A DNA stretch of 64,000 nt from Leucoraja ocellata (Eukaryota), in NCBI GenBank assembly GCA_036785375.1, contig JAWMAR010000088.1, positions 3,472,001-3,536,000 on the forward strand, in the 5' to 3' direction. Below the pieces are notes generated by a model. That model was not told where the DNA came from. It saw only the letters and a list, made by a program, of their open reading frames with translations, and did no database searches. The position numbers and the translations under genes are program-made. Below are positions 24,735 through 38,848 of this stretch, one piece after another (position 1 is the stretch's first letter; every line of letters starts with the position of its first letter).

Positions 24735-25362
24735 TTGAGTATAGAAGCTGGGATGTTGAGTATAGAAGCTGGGATGTAATGTTAAAATTGTACAAGGCAT
24801 TGGTGAGACCAAATCTGGAGTATGGTGTACAATTTTGGTCGCCCAATTATAGGAAGGATGTCAACAAAATAGAGAGAGTACAGAGGAGATTTACTAGAAT
24901 GTTGCCTGGGTTTCAACAACAAAGTTACAGAGAAAGGTTGAATAAGTTAGGTCTTTATTCGCTGGAGCGCAGAAGGTTAAGGGGGGACTTGATAGAGGTA
25001 TTTAAAATGATGAGAGGGATAGGCAGAGTTGATGTGGATCAGCTTTTCCCTTTGAGAATAGGGAACATTCAAACAAGAGGACATGACTTCAGAATTAAAG
25101 GACAGAAGTTTAGGGGTAACATGAGGGGGAACTTCTTTACTCAGAGAGTGGTAGCGGTGTGGAATGAGCTTCCAGTGGAAGTGGTGGAGGCAGGTTCGTT
25201 GGTATAATTTAAAAATAAATTGGATAGGCACATGGATGAGAAGGGAATGGAGGGTTATGGTATGAGTGCAGGCAGGTGGGACTAAGGGAAAAAAGTTGTT
25301 TGGCACGGACTTGTAGAGCCGAGATGGCCTGTTTCCGTGCTGTAATTGTTATATGGTTATAT
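24735..25362 (+). mobile_element. Young 5'-truncated CR1 with a 21-bp tandem duplication at its 5' junction
   Basis: LYKALVRPNLEYGVQFWSPNYRKD..; ttgagtatagaagctgggatg twice (24735-24776); ttatatgg tail. Confidence 0.9.
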
Positions 25363-26250
25363 TGTATTCTACACGTGGACAGTGTCAACCACTGACATTA
25401 TCCTCCCACAGTTGATTATCTCAGTTCATTTTGTAGTTGGACCCTTAGTCATTTTGGTTATAGGGTCGAGTTGCATTAATGATATCCATATTTGTGGTGA
25501 ACGCTGAATTTAATTATACCCAGGTGAAAATTGATATTTTGCGATGAATTGTTCCTTGTGATCCTGCCTCTGGAGAGTGCCAGCAAAGTAATGCATTGAG
25601 CCCCACCACAGACTCATCGCATTTCAATTCCAATTCTCTACTCCACATATTGGCTTTCTAAACTCCCTACCCACATTTGCAAATATTCATGGCAAGGCGA
25701 GATTAGATTGTTCTTATTTGTCCTTGCGTTCCCAATATCTCTAGCAACACGTGCTCAGCTGTTGCTTCAGGAAACTGGAATCAGCTGCCCTAAGCTGCCC
25801 TTTGAGTGAGACAATGCATTCATCTTCTTTCCACAATGGACCAGTGAATCATCTGCACCTTGTCAGGTCATGCCATGCCATCCTTGTTTCAGCACCATTA
25901 AGGTGGGAGCTACTCCTGGTTGAAAAAGCAATGGCTAAGAGAAGCCAGGTGCATGCCCCAGCAAACAATAATAATAATGGAAAAAAAGGGACAGGCAAAA
26001 GTCCCTCAAGATGCCATGAATACTCACCGTTTCTCCTTGAAAGTCAGGCACCATAATTATCATTCAGCAGCTTTCCTTTTCTGGACGGTATCTGTATGTG
26101 GGACAGTACTAAGTTTTGGAATACAGATTTATTCTTCTTATGTGCGAATTAGAGCCTAACATACCCTCACAGAATAGATGGGGGCAAGATTCAGAGAGAG
26201 TGTTGACCACATCTGGGACAAGATCACTTTGCATAGAACCTTGGGGAGTT

Positions 26251-26520
26251 ATAGAAACATAGAAACATAGAAATTAGGTGCAGGAAGAGGCTATTCAGCC
26301 CTTCGAGCCTGCACCGCCATTCAATATGATCATGGCTGATCATCCCCAATCAGTACCCCGTTCGTGACTTCTCCCCATATCCCCTGACTCCGCTATCTTT
26401 AAGAGCCCTATCTAGCTCTCCCTTGAAAAAACATCCAGTGAACCGGCCTCCACCGCCTTCTGAGGCAGAAAATCCCAGACTCACAACTCTCTGGGTGGAA
26501 ACGTTTCTCCTCATCTCAGT
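26251..26520 (-). mobile_element. CR1 3'-end fragment
   Basis: (atagaaac)n tail and ELDRALKDSGVRGYGEK terminus; same family as 49936-52691. Confidence 0.85.
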
Positions 26521-26829
26521 CCAAATCTGCCCCTGTCTTAAACATAGCTTGTGAATGGCCCCCACAGAAGGAAAGGTATAAATATTTTAACATAAAAAGA
26601 TGTCTGCTTCAAAATCTGCATCAGTTACAAGGTAATTAGACTCAAATTTGTCATAATTACTGTCCAGTAGTCTACCTGTTTGTCTTCTGATATTTCTGGC
26701 AAGTGTCTGATGGGTGCCTTTTTAAACTAAAAACTACATTGGGGTAAATAATGTGGTTTCTTGTGTATTGGTTTTATGAAGAAATGTACAGGTTAGCTTG
26801 AGTCAGTTATTAGCCATATCAAAGCAATG

Positions 26830-27432
26830 GCCATGAAAACACACTAACACCTCTACCTCCTTAGGAAGTTTGGCATGTCCCAAACAAGTCTCACCAAACT
26901 CTACAGATTTATCCGTAGAAAACATTTTATAAGGATGCATCGCAGCATGGGTTGGGAATAACTCCATCCAAAACTCCAAGAAATTGTAGAGCATTGTGGA
27001 CGCACCCCACACCATCATACCAACCAACCTCCCTTCCATTGTCTCCATCTACACTTCACACTGCCTCGGCAAGGCCACCAGCCTAATCAAGGATGAGTTT
27101 CACCCTGGATACTCCCTCCTCTCCTCTCTCCCATCAGGCAAGAGGTACAGAAGGGTAAAAATGCACACCTCCACATTCAGGGGCAGTTTCGTCCCAGCTG
27201 TTATCAGGCAAGTGAACCATTCTATCACCAACTAGAGAGTGATCCTGAGCCACCATCCACCTCTGAAGACACTCAGACTATCTTTAATACAAACTAACTG
27301 CACTAAACTTTATTCCATTTATCCTATACATGTTTACTGTGGATGGCTCGATTGTAATCATTTCAACTAAAAGGCTTTTCAAAGTACCTCGGTATGTGTG
27401 ACAATAAACTAAACTAATAAACTAAACTAAAA
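26830..27432 (+). mobile_element. Rex1/Babar-type LINE 3' fragment
   Basis: CLGKATSLIKDEFHPGYSLLSSLPSGKRYR; AATAAA and (AAACT)n tail. Confidence 0.75.
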
Positions 27433-28349
27433 TTCCACACATCTGCAAATGACTGGAATTTAAATAATATATTTTATTGTTTATTTAACTTCTCTCCGAC
27501 CATATCAATCTATTACAGCACATGCAATTCATTCACCTAATTCCTAAAAGCAGGTTTGTATGTGCCTGATATATCTTTTGTCCAGGCAATATTTTGTTTA
27601 CAATAAAAATCATATTTGTCAGAAATGAATTCAGGTTATACAAACAAACCTTTGTAAAATGTAATAGATATTTATCTTAAGCAGCTATGTTTTCATTTTG
27701 TGAATCTCTTTTGTGAATTTCAGAATAGTTCTCCACGTGAACCTATTCGCTCTGATTGGACACAATAAAAGTCAGATAGTTGTTTAGACACAATCATGTA
27801 TATTGAATTGGTATCTCACAATTCTGAAGAAGCCCGTGGGACGTTTTTAGTGTATTTCAGGTCACACTTGCCAAATGATTTCTATGAGCTGGAGAAATTC
27901 CTGACATGAGAACGTAGTTACTGAAAATGAATGTCTGTTGCGTTAAAAAATATGTGTTTGTATAAGCAGTATCCATTTATTGTGAATTGGCTGTTTATTG
28001 TAAACAAAACATGTTTGTCCTGGCAATGGTATATCAGTAAAACACAAACTTCGAAATTGGATTGTGGCGGCCTATATTTTAGGCATTATGTGATTTCAGT
28101 TTTAGATTGAATAGATTATCCTACAGATCACTCTAAGTGATCCTGTGCCAAACATTAATTTGGACTGGGCATTTCCATCAACTATTTATGTATGCCAGTC
28201 TGGTATTTGTATAATATCAGAAACATCAATACCTAGAAATGCAATTACACTTTATTTTTTTACGGATTCACGTGTGGCTTCACGCAGCACTAATCCAATA
28301 TTGTATTTGTGTAAAACACAGTGAAATTGGCTAAAATCCAGGAAAAGTG

Positions 28350-31300
28350 TAAGCCTTTCACACCTACTCCACCATTAAGTATGATCCTGGCTGCTCAACA
28401 CTCGGCTTGAGATCTAACTATTCCTTTGGTTTATTTATGTTTTATTCGCAAGAAAAATAAGACCTCTATTTGAATACTATATTTCCACTCCCTCCCCATA
28501 CAGATTAATGTTCTTTATGTCTAGAAATCTACCTTCCTTGCTTCTTTCCTTGAACTATACTGCATCTGAGATGGCAAATTCTGCAACACCAATATGCTCG
28601 GAATGATGACATTTCTTCTTAGAAACATAGAAACATAGAAACATAGGAATTAGGTGCAGGAGTAGGCCATTCGGCCCTTCGAGCCTGCACCGCCATTCAA
28701 TATGATCATGGCTGATCATCCAACTCGGTATCCCGTACCTGCCTTCTCTCCATACCCTCTGATCCCCTTAGCCACAAGGGCCACATCTAACTCCCTCTTA
28801 AATATAGCCAATGAACTGGCCTCGACTACCCTCTGCGGCAGAGAGTTCCAGAGATTCACCACTGTGTGAAAAAAGTTCTTCTCATCTCGGTTTTAAAGGA
28901 TTTCCCCCTTATCCTTAAGCTGTGACCCCTTGTCCTGGACTTCCCCAACATCGGGAGCAATCTTCCTGCATCTAGCCTGTCCAACCCCTTAAGAATTTTG
29001 TAAGTTTCTATAAGATCCCCTCTCAATCTCCTAAATTCTAGAGAGTATAAACCAAGTCTATTCAGTCTTTCTTCATAAGACAGTCCTGACATCCCAGGAA
29101 TCAGTCTGGTGAACCTTCTCTGCACTCCCTCTATGGCAATAATGTCCTTCCTCAGATTTGGAGACCAAAACTGTACGCAATACTCCAGGTGTGGTCTCAC
29201 CAAGACCCTGTACAACTGCAGTAGAACCTCCCTGCTCCTATACTCAAATCCTTTTGCAATGAAAGCTAACATACCATTCGCTTTCTTCACTGCCTGCTGC
29301 ACCTGCATGCCTATTTTCAATGACTGGTGTACCATGACACCCAGGTCTCGCTGCATCTCCCCTTTTCCTAGTCGGCCACCATTTAGATAATAGTCTGCTT
29401 TCCTGTTTTTGCCACCAAAAAGGATAACCTCACATTTATCCACATTATACTGCATCTGCCAAACATTTGCCCACTCACCCAGCCTATCCAAGTCACCTTG
29501 CAGTCTCCTAGCATCCTCCTCACAGCTAACACTGCCCCCCAGCTTAGTGTCATCCGCAAACTTGGAGATATTGCCTTCAATTCCCTCATCCAGATCATTA
29601 ATATATATTGTAAATAGCTGGGGTCCCAGCACTGAGCCTTGCGGTACCCCACTAGTCACTGCCTGCCATTGTGAAAAGGACCCGTTTACTCCTACTCTTT
29701 GCTTCCTGTTTGCCAGCCAGTTCTCTATCCACATCAATACTGAACCCCCAATGCCGTGTACTTTAAGTTTGTATACTAATCTCTTATGTGGGACCTTGTC
29801 GAAAGCCTTCTGGAAGTCCAGATACACCACATCCACTGGTTCTCCCCTATCTACGCTACTAGTTACATCCTCGAAAAATTCTATAAGATTCGTCAGACAT
29901 GATTTACCTTTCGTAAATCCATGCTGACTTTGTCCAATGATTTCACCACTTTCCAAATGTGCTGCTATCCCATCTTTAATAACTGACTCTAGCAGAGTCC
30001 CCACTACCGATGTTAGACTAACTGGTCTGTAATTCCCCATTTTCTCTCTCCCTCCCTTCTTAAAAAGTGGGGTTACATTTGCTACCCGCCAATCTTCAGG
30101 AACTACTCCAGAATCTAAAGAGTTTTGAAAGATTATTACTAATGCATCCACTATTTCTGGAGCTACTTCCTTAAGTACTCTGGGATGCAGCCTATCTGGC
30201 CCTGGGGATTTATCGACCTTTAATCCATTCAATTTACCCAACACCACTTCCCGGCTAACCTGGATTTCACTCAATTCCTCCAACTCCTTTGACCCGCGGT
30301 CCCCTGATATTTCCGGCAAATTATTTATGTCTTCCTTAGTGAAGACGGAACCAAAGTAGTTATTCGATTGGTCTGCCCTATCCTTGTTCCCCATGATCAA
30401 CTCACCTGTTTCTGACTGCAAGGGACCTACATTTGTTTTAACTAATCTCTTTCTTTTCACATATCTATAAAAACTTTTGCAGTCAGTTTTTATGTTCCCT
30501 GCCAGTTTTCTTTCATAATCTATTTTTCCTTTCCTAATTAAGCCCTTTGTCCTCCTCTGCTGGTCTTTGAATTTCTCCCAGTCCTCCGGTATGCTGCTTT
30601 TTCTGGCTAATTTGTACGCATCATCCTTCGCTTTGATACTATCCCTGATTTCCCTTGTTATCCACCGATGTACTACCTTCCCTGATTTATTCTTTTGCCA
30701 AACTGGGATGAACAATTTTTGTAGTTCATCCATGCAGTCTTTAAATGTCTTCCATTGCATATTCACCGTCAACCCTTTTAGAATTAATTGCCAGTCAATC
30801 TTGGCCAATTCACGTCTCATACCCTCAAAGTTACCTTTCTTTAAGTTCAGAACCATTGTTTCTGAATTAACAATGTCACTCTCCATCCTAATGAAGAACT
30901 CAACCATATTATGGTCACTCTTGCCCAAGGGGGCATGTACAACAAGATTGCTAACTAACCCTTCCTCATTACTCAATACCCAGTCTAAAATAGCCTGCTC
31001 TCTCGTTGGTTCCTCTACATGTTGATTTAGATAACTATCCCGCATACATTCCAAGAAACCCTCTTCCTCAGCACCCCTGCCAATTTGACTCACCCAATCT
31101 ATATGTAGATTGAAGTCACCCATTATAACTGTTTTGCCTTTGTCGCACGCATTTCTAATTTCCTGTTTGATACCATCTCCAACTTCACTACTACTGTTAG
31201 GTGGCCTGTACACAACACCCACCAGCGTTTTCTGCCCCTTAGTGTTTCGCAGCTCTATCCATACCGATTCCACATCCTCCAAACTAATGTCCTTCCTTTC

Positions 31301-32640
31301 CATTGCATTAATCTCCTCTCTAATCAGTAACGCTACCCCATCTCCTTTTCCTTTCTCTCTATCCCTCCTGAATATTGAATATCCCTGGATGTTCAGCTCC
31401 CAGCCTCGGTCACCCTGGAGCCATGTCTCCGTGATCCCAACTACATCATAGTCATTAATAGCTATCTGCACATTCAACTCATCCACCTTATTTTGAATGC
31501 TCCTTGCATTGAGACACAAAGCCTTCAGGCTTGTTTTTACAACACTCTTACCCCTTATACAATTATGTTGAAAAATATGTTCTTATTTCACTCCTAAATG
31601 AGGTATCCTTTATCCTGAGTAGAACTGCTTATTTTAGACTCTGCCCATTCAAAGGAAACATCCTCCCTGCATCTGGTCTACCAAGCCATGTCAGAATTTT
31701 TTATGTTTCAATGAGATCCCTTCTAATTCTTCTAAACATCAGTGACTGGCATGGCTGACCCAATCTCTTCTCATCAAATAGCACTGCTGTTCTTTAAAAC
31801 AGCCTGTTGAACTTTTGTTTCACTCCTTCCATATCAAATATAAAAATTCTTAGCAAAGGAGACCAAATCTGCACAACATAGCCCACAAAATCCATCAAGG
31901 CCATATACAATGGTAGCAAAATGTCTTTGTTCCTATATTCAAAACCTCTTGCACTGAATATCAATATAATATTTGCCTTCTAACTGCTTGGTTTACCCAA
32001 ATGTTTAGTGGGCATGTCATATATTTGCCCACACACCCTACTTTTCTAAATTGCCTTGCAGTTTCTTTGCATCCTAATCACAATTCACAATTCCAGCAAA
32101 TTATTGTTGTCGGCATACTTCATTTTACATTCAGTTTCTGCAGCCAAATCATTGAATAACTGGAGCACAAGCATTGATTACTGTGGTAACCAAGTAGTTA
32201 TTACTGTCTGCCACCCTGAAAATGATTTATTCATTCCCTGATGCTGACCATACCAGTAGGTTGTTCTGAATGCAAACCACTCTAATTTCACTTACTAGAT
32301 TTAATGTGGGTCCTTATCAGAAGCCAAATGAAAATCTAAGCACATCATTTCCTCTCTTTCTTCCTTATCAATTCTACCAGATGCATCCTCAAAATAGTTT
32401 CAGTAGGGTTGTCAAACAAAATTTTCCTTGCATAGATTGACGTGGACATTCTCTAATCCCCTTGCCAATGTGTCTTTTGTCCCCTTATCATTTCCTTTAC
32501 AATAATAGACTTTAGCATTTCCCTTCAACTGATATTCTTCACTGTACCTCACTGCTTTCTATCCTTTATTAAATAGTGGAATTACATTTGGGAGCCTCTA
32601 GTCTGCAGCAACAATTCCATAACCCATTAAGTGTTAGATT
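28350..32640 (-). mobile_element. Old degenerate CR1 (about 28350-28620 and 31585-32640) split by the young CR1
   Basis: Degenerate CR1 3' UTR and RT sequence continues on both sides of the insert; ttctta at both junctions. Confidence 0.65.
28621..31579 (-). mobile_element. Young CR1 LINE with near-intact ORF2 (887 aa, 28856-31519; AP endonuclease and RT)
   Basis: CLNARSI, GITETW, GVVYRPP, MGDFN and SDH (APE); YLDFQKAFD, GVPQGSVLGP and KFADD (RT); (agaaacat)n tail; 4-bp deletion near the C-terminus. Confidence 0.97.
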
Positions 32641-32689
32641 ATGTCAACCAATCCTGTTATTTTCATGTCTATCTCCATTACTTTGCCCC

Positions 32690-33232
32690 AGAGGGTGGCT
32701 TTTTATGATAGCTTGAACCTATACCAGGGCAAATTGATACTCTTCCTAATGGAATCCTGGAGTTGCCTTGGCCCAGGAACAAAAGAGATTACTAAAAGTG
32801 GAGGCACCGCCCCGTCCAACACAGGAAGTGACCTCCCCACCATCAAACAGTTCTATAACAGGCGTTGCTGCCTCAAAAAGCAGCATCAAAGACCCACTCT
32901 ACTCTGGCCATGTTCTCATCTCACTCTTAACATCAGGAAGAAGGTATAGGAGTCTAAAAGTTGTCAGGAATAGCTTCAGCCCAACCACCATCAGACTATT
33001 GAACACTGCAAACATCAACTAAACTACGCAATATGAACTGCGTTGGTTGCATCAGGGACTTTAGGCTATTATTTTGTTTTGCACTAATATTTGTGGTTTT
33101 TATTCAGTAAACTTTATTTGTTTGTCTATTATGTTTTCTATTGAGTAGTGTGTTTACAGACCTGCCATCCTGTAAGTAAGTATTTCATTGTTCTATTCAT
33201 GTACATTTGACAATGAACACTCTTGACTCTTG
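32690..33232 (+). mobile_element. Degenerate Rex1/Babar 3' fragment
   Basis: SIKDPLYSGHVLISLLTSGRRYRSLK..NSFSPTTIRLLN; (ctcttga)n tail. Confidence 0.7.
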
Positions 33233-33381
33233 TAATGGCCAATATTTCAGCGAACTAGTTTCTACCCTTTTGTGACCTGCCCTTGGCATTCCAAACTGGA
33301 AATGTGTTTAACATTCAGTTGGTGTTTCAGGTTCATGATGTTTTTAAATCTTGGCTCACTTATGCATTTGCTGACTTCCAG

Positions 33382-33523
33382 GTCCTCCTATCAGGCTGAT
33401 GGATGGTGAAAATAAGAAAGAAGGACGTGTTGAAATTTTTATCAATGGTCAGTGGGGAACCATTTGTGATGATGGATGGACTGACAAGGATGCTGCTGTG
33501 GTCTGCCATCAGCTGGGATACAA
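33382..33523 (+). CDS. PRSS12: Neurotrypsin exon, SRCR4 first half (142 nt)
   Basis: tccag|...|gtaagt; [48 protein letters not shown]. Confidence 0.97.
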
Positions 33524-34019
33524 GTAAGTAACTGCTAGATCAGAGGCAGTTGCTTTAAATGCCAAGGGAGTCCTATAAAGTATCTTGAAACATTTTCCCA
33601 GCTAATTGTTTAAGCCAAAAAAATCACATCATTTTTTGACCATTAATGATAGCCAGAATTTTCTTTCGAAGGCACTGGATTATCTTCAAAAATTCCAGTT
33701 GCATTTTTAAGTGTTCCACCGAGTAGAATATGAGACCAAAATAACATGCAACCTAGTGTTATTAGTATCATTTGTTTATATTGAAACATAGATTAATGCT
33801 GAAATAATAGTAGTACGTCAAAATGAAAGAACTTAAAAAATTTTAAACTTGGATTTCCCATGGGAATTATCCTAATAGATCAACGAACAGCAGCAAAACA
33901 TTGATTGAATCACCAGAAAATAGGTGAATGGATGTGTCTGCGGAGTCTCCATGGTAGCTCTCATCCCTCCTCTGGAGATTGTGCATTCAAATACTTTTTT
34001 CCGGAGATTTTATCGCAAG

Positions 34020-34300
34020 AGAATATTCAGGAAGCACGATACTGGCTTTTGGATGAGATGCTAAACCAAGGCTCTCTCCTGCGGATGTTGAAGATTTGTT
34101 GACATAGTTTTCAAGTAGAGGTGGAATTAAAACTTGGTATTCTGACCAAACAATCGTCTTCTACCAACTTTCCTGAATCAGATTATTTTGTCATTACCAC
34201 ATCGTTGTTTGTGAAAATTTCTGTGCACATATAGTTTTCCTACATTATGGTAGTGATGACAGGTGTACCATAAGCTTTGCAATGTTTAAGCGTCTTCAAA
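34020..34300 (+). mobile_element. Ancient Deu-domain SINE (SacSINE1/AmnSINE1-like)
   Basis: ttttggatgagatgctaaaccaaggc...cagattattttgtcattaccacatcgttgtttgtg...ttcctacatta resembles the remembered Deu-SINE consensus. Confidence 0.65.
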
Positions 34301-35619
34301 CGTTGTGTGCAGAAGAATTGTTTACACATCGTATCACTCTGCTAGTATGTGGCATGGAGTTTGGAAGATTAAACATGTTGTTGAGTTACTGATCTGAGGC
34401 TGGATATCTAATTATCAAACAATACTCTGGAAAGTACAAGGTTTGTAAAATGGTGGAGATTATTAAGTGAATACTGAGAAAATATATATATATATATATT
34501 ATTCAAGCAGGATAACTATCAATTGAAAATAAATCAGCACAAGTATGGTGATTATCAGTCTATGTGATCAATGGGTGAAACTACTGCATGATTTCAGCCC
34601 ACAATGAACTACACTGACAACAACATTGTGGAAATGTTCAGAAAATGTAAGTAAAAATGTGAATTAATATTCACTCTAAAAAAGATGAAGGTCCGTTACA
34701 TCTTGCATCTTTTGCATGGGAGCAAGAAGATGTGATTGTTCCAATTATTAAGCCAGAAGTAAAAATCTTGATGAGATCGCTGAAAGGTTCATCATGATCC
34801 TCAAATCAATCAGATTTGTAACCATTGATTTCAAAGCTTCGTTGAGCATATGGCAAAAAAAAAGTACACCAATGCCTCTACAGTCTACCCTCGTTATTAT
34901 ATGACAGATTTTGGTTATTGCGGACAACTTTTGTTGCAACCGAGGGGTCCGTTCATATAATGCAGGTCAGGAACCATTGGCATTTTATAAGATTACAAAA
35001 ACTCCAGGATTGAAAATAGTTAAACAACCTCATAAAATGGAGATTTACTATGTGCCTGATGGTTAACCTCAACCAGCAGAAATCCAGCCAGCAAGAAGCG
35101 AGAGGTGTTGCAGACCAAGACCAGTGAACAAGTCAGTACCAGGGAGTGGGGAGGGAAGATGGGCCAAAAGGATTTTCTCCTCACAACTGATGGAACCATC
35201 ACACAGCAAGAACACTGCATTCATGCTTGGAAACAATAAATATTTCGAGCTTGCTTCCAGATGAATGAACTTGAGTTGGCTGATCATCTTTTAATGTTAA
35301 GGTTGGCGGGCGGACTCGCTCGCCTGGAGCAGGGATTGACAGAGAAACACCATTATTTCTGGGATCTGGGGCTTGAGGAGATCCATTTACCTGTGGGATG
35401 TCAGAGTGGTGCAGCTGCTAGGGCCTGTTTCCATGCTGTAGCTCAAAACTAAGCCTAATCTGAGAACATAACTTTATCGAATTGAGCTTCTGCTCTGCTT
35501 CTGGCATGAACACCAGTCTTCAGGATCATCGGCAACCTCCAGTTATTGCTGACAATCCACAATAATGGACACCATCCCCTCCCACCTCACCCCACCATGG
35601 TCCATTATAACGAGGGTTT

Positions 35620-36251
35620 TAAGGTACTTCCTCAGAAGATTACGTAAGTTTGGCATGGCTTCAATAACTTTTGCCGACTTCTGCAGATGCAATGTGGTGG
35701 GGTATCTGGTCTGGACCAAGAAATACTATTGGGTTGCACCACAGATGATTGGGGAACAGCTTTGACCAAGATGCAAGAAATTGTAGAGAATTGTGAGATA
35801 TAACCCAGTCCATCACACAGACCAGATACCCCACCATTGACTCCATGTATACTTCACGCTTCCTCAAGAAAGCGAATAACATAAGCAAGGACCATGTTCA
35901 TCCCAGTCATTCCCTCTTATGCTCTCCCCCATGGGGCATAAGATACAAAGGCTTGAAAGCACATACTGCCAGTATCTTTCCCTGTTATCAAACTGCTGAA
36001 AGCATTTCCATAGGTTAGGGTCAATCATCCCAACTTAACTTCATTTCGGATGCTGGCCTTTTTCTCTGTATCTGTTAAACTACAATGCTGTAATACTGTG
36101 TTCTGCACTTTGTTATTTTTATTTTTACACCATCTGTTGTATTTAGATATGGCTTGATTGTACTCATGTATAGTAGGTTTGATTTAATTAGATTACATGC
36201 AAACAAAAGCTTTTCTCTGTACCTTAATTTACATGACAATGATAAACCAAT
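35620..36251 (+). mobile_element. Degenerate Rex1/Babar 3' fragment
   Basis: YFLRRLRKFGMAS remnant; similar to 26830-27432. Confidence 0.7.
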
Positions 36252-36601
36252 GCAGGAAGATTGTTCCCGATGTTAGGGAAGTCCAGGACAAGGGGTCACA
36301 GCTTTAAGGATAAGGGGGGAAATCCTTTAAAACCGAGATGAGAAGAACTTTTTTCACACAGAGAGTGGTGAATCCTCTGGAACTCTCTGCCACGGAGGGT
36401 AGTTGAGGCCAGTTCATTGGCTATATTTAAGAGGGAGTTCGATGTGGCCCTTGTGGCTAAGGGGATCAGGGGGTATGGAGAGAAGGCAGGTACGGGATAC
36501 TGAGTTGGATGATCAGCCATGATCATATTGAATGGCGGTGCAGGCTCGAAGGGCCGAATGGCCTACTCCTGCACCTAATTTCTATGTTTCTATGTTTCTA
36601 T
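36252..36601 (+). mobile_element. Young CR1 3' end, same subfamily as 28621-31579
   Basis: Near-identical reverse complement of about 28625-28971; (tttctatg)n tail. Confidence 0.92.
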
Positions 36602-38848
36602 ACTAGGCCAATACCAAAGCCTGTGACAGAAAATAGGTTAGGTAATAACTTACTTGGTTTGAAAATACTGCTAGGAAATGTAAATAGAAGGAAATTATTG
36701 AAAAGTTAGTGGAACAATGTATTTAGAGCTCAATATGCTCAGATTTGCAGAGAACTCTGATGAGGAAGATGAAGCTATTAAACTATAGATACAGCCAGAG
36801 CACTGGAAGTTACGAGGAGCTTGACGGAAACGCTGAATACTCAGACAGCCAAACTCCAAATTAGTATTGGAAAAAGAAGCAGAGCTGATGCAATAATAAA
36901 ACACCAATCAAATAATAAAATGCCAACTTGCAGAAGGTTATGCAATAGATACGGATTGCCCTGCAAGCTCACAAATAAAATGAAATTGTCCTGCTGATGT
37001 GTAGAACTGCAGAATTTGTGAAAAAACTCAACTGATGGCAAATGTGCAAATAAAATATGTGAATATCCAGAGAAAATAGGAAAGCAAAAAAATAACTGAT
37101 CAAAATCAATAAAGCCATATTATAGCAGAGGACAAAGCTTGAAAGCGCCTTAGATATTTGAGTCATTCAAATTGGGTGTAGTACGATTAGTACAATTACC
37201 CCTATTCAACAAAAACAAATTTAAAAATTGTACAAAGAAATCCACAGCCATAAATCTAAATCTAAAACTGGACATGAGAGTGCAAGATAATATATCTCTT
37301 TGTTTATATCATACTCTTATTCTCAATTCCATGTCATTCAGTTATTCCATTATTGCACTTCAGTATTTTTTTGCAGTACTTCAGATTACATTACAATCTT
37401 CACACCATTCTGCTGTTTTGTGCTCATGTCGTTTTGATCAAGCTTCACTTGTTCACTCTCTGAGCTTCATGCGAACAAAGAATTTCATTGCACCCAGCTG
37501 TACATGACAATAAATTAATCTACATCAGAATCTTTGTTTGCAAAAAGAATCACTTCAAATAATATACAGCCACTTAAACAAAGAGGAAGAATAAGAGTTA
37601 GACAATCTATTTGCTGGATTGTTGTCTACAAAGGTACAAAGAGAACAGGGTCATCATGCACAATGTGCCAGAAATACTAAATGATTTTTTGATCAAAATG
37701 CATTCTCCATAAGATCAAGAAGTAATGCAGACAAGATGTACAAGTTGAAGGGAGCTAACGCTACAACAACCGTGGCAATTCTTTATTTGGTGAGGACAAG
37801 CAGTTCATTTACAAGATAAAATTATGAAAACCTAGTTGCAGACTAGGTTTGAAGCTGATTTTCCAAGAGCCATTTTTCAACAAGGAGATGGCCAACAGAT
37901 GAAGAGGAACCATTTCCACCAAAGACCTTTCACAAAGTGAGGGAAAAGGGAAATCCACCATAGCAATGATAGTAGTAAGTTTAACTTTACACCAACAAGA
38001 ATAGCAAAAAGCACACAAGCAAAGCAATGCCTTAACCAATCACAGAGAGGAATAACGTGCTGCTAAATTTGTCTCCAGATTGTATTGTATTACAACCAGA
38101 TACAACCATGTTGGGTAATTACTCTGTATTTTTTTTTCTTGGTTTCTCTTGCATCTATTTCTTATGTTCTTACGGTCTTAGTAAATGGTTCTAAGTTACT
38201 TTTAGTGCTCAAAGTCACTATTCCGTTAATGATAAAATCTTTCCCTTCATGAGGAATGGTTAGCAGGCCTAAAGTCCCCCAGGCGCACTACACAGAAATG
38301 CTTGCACTCAAACAAACTCTGCTGTCCAGTTAAAAAATGCTTCTGTCCAGAGGACATATTGAACTCCTTGAAAACGTGCTGGCTTTCAGACTGCCCCGAT
38401 CTGCCCGTTGGCTTGTGTGGTGTGGAATGTATGAAATAGTGTATCAAGCTGTGATAAAATATAATTCTTCCGATCATGAACAGCCACATGATTCGGAAGC
38501 AATAAGGACAGAGCTTTGACCCAACCAGGTGCAAGATCCGATGTAACTTCGTCAAGGCCTCCCATCGAAGGAAGCATTTTTAATGACACTAGGGAAGGGA
38601 AATCCTTAGAGGAGTACCTATTGTTTAAAAAATGTTGAAATTCTCTCTCCTTCTCTCGCCATGCCCCTTCCGGAGGGATTATAAAACCTGGAAGTGTTGA
38701 GTGCCTCAGTCTCCCCTATCTGCAACATAGGGGAGCGAGAGGGTCATGTCTCTGAGTCTGAACTGTGAATAACAATGAGCACATGTCTACTAAACTGTGA
38801 GTGGTTTTACTGACCTGTCAGTGCCCTTAATGTGGTTTGAAAATATAG

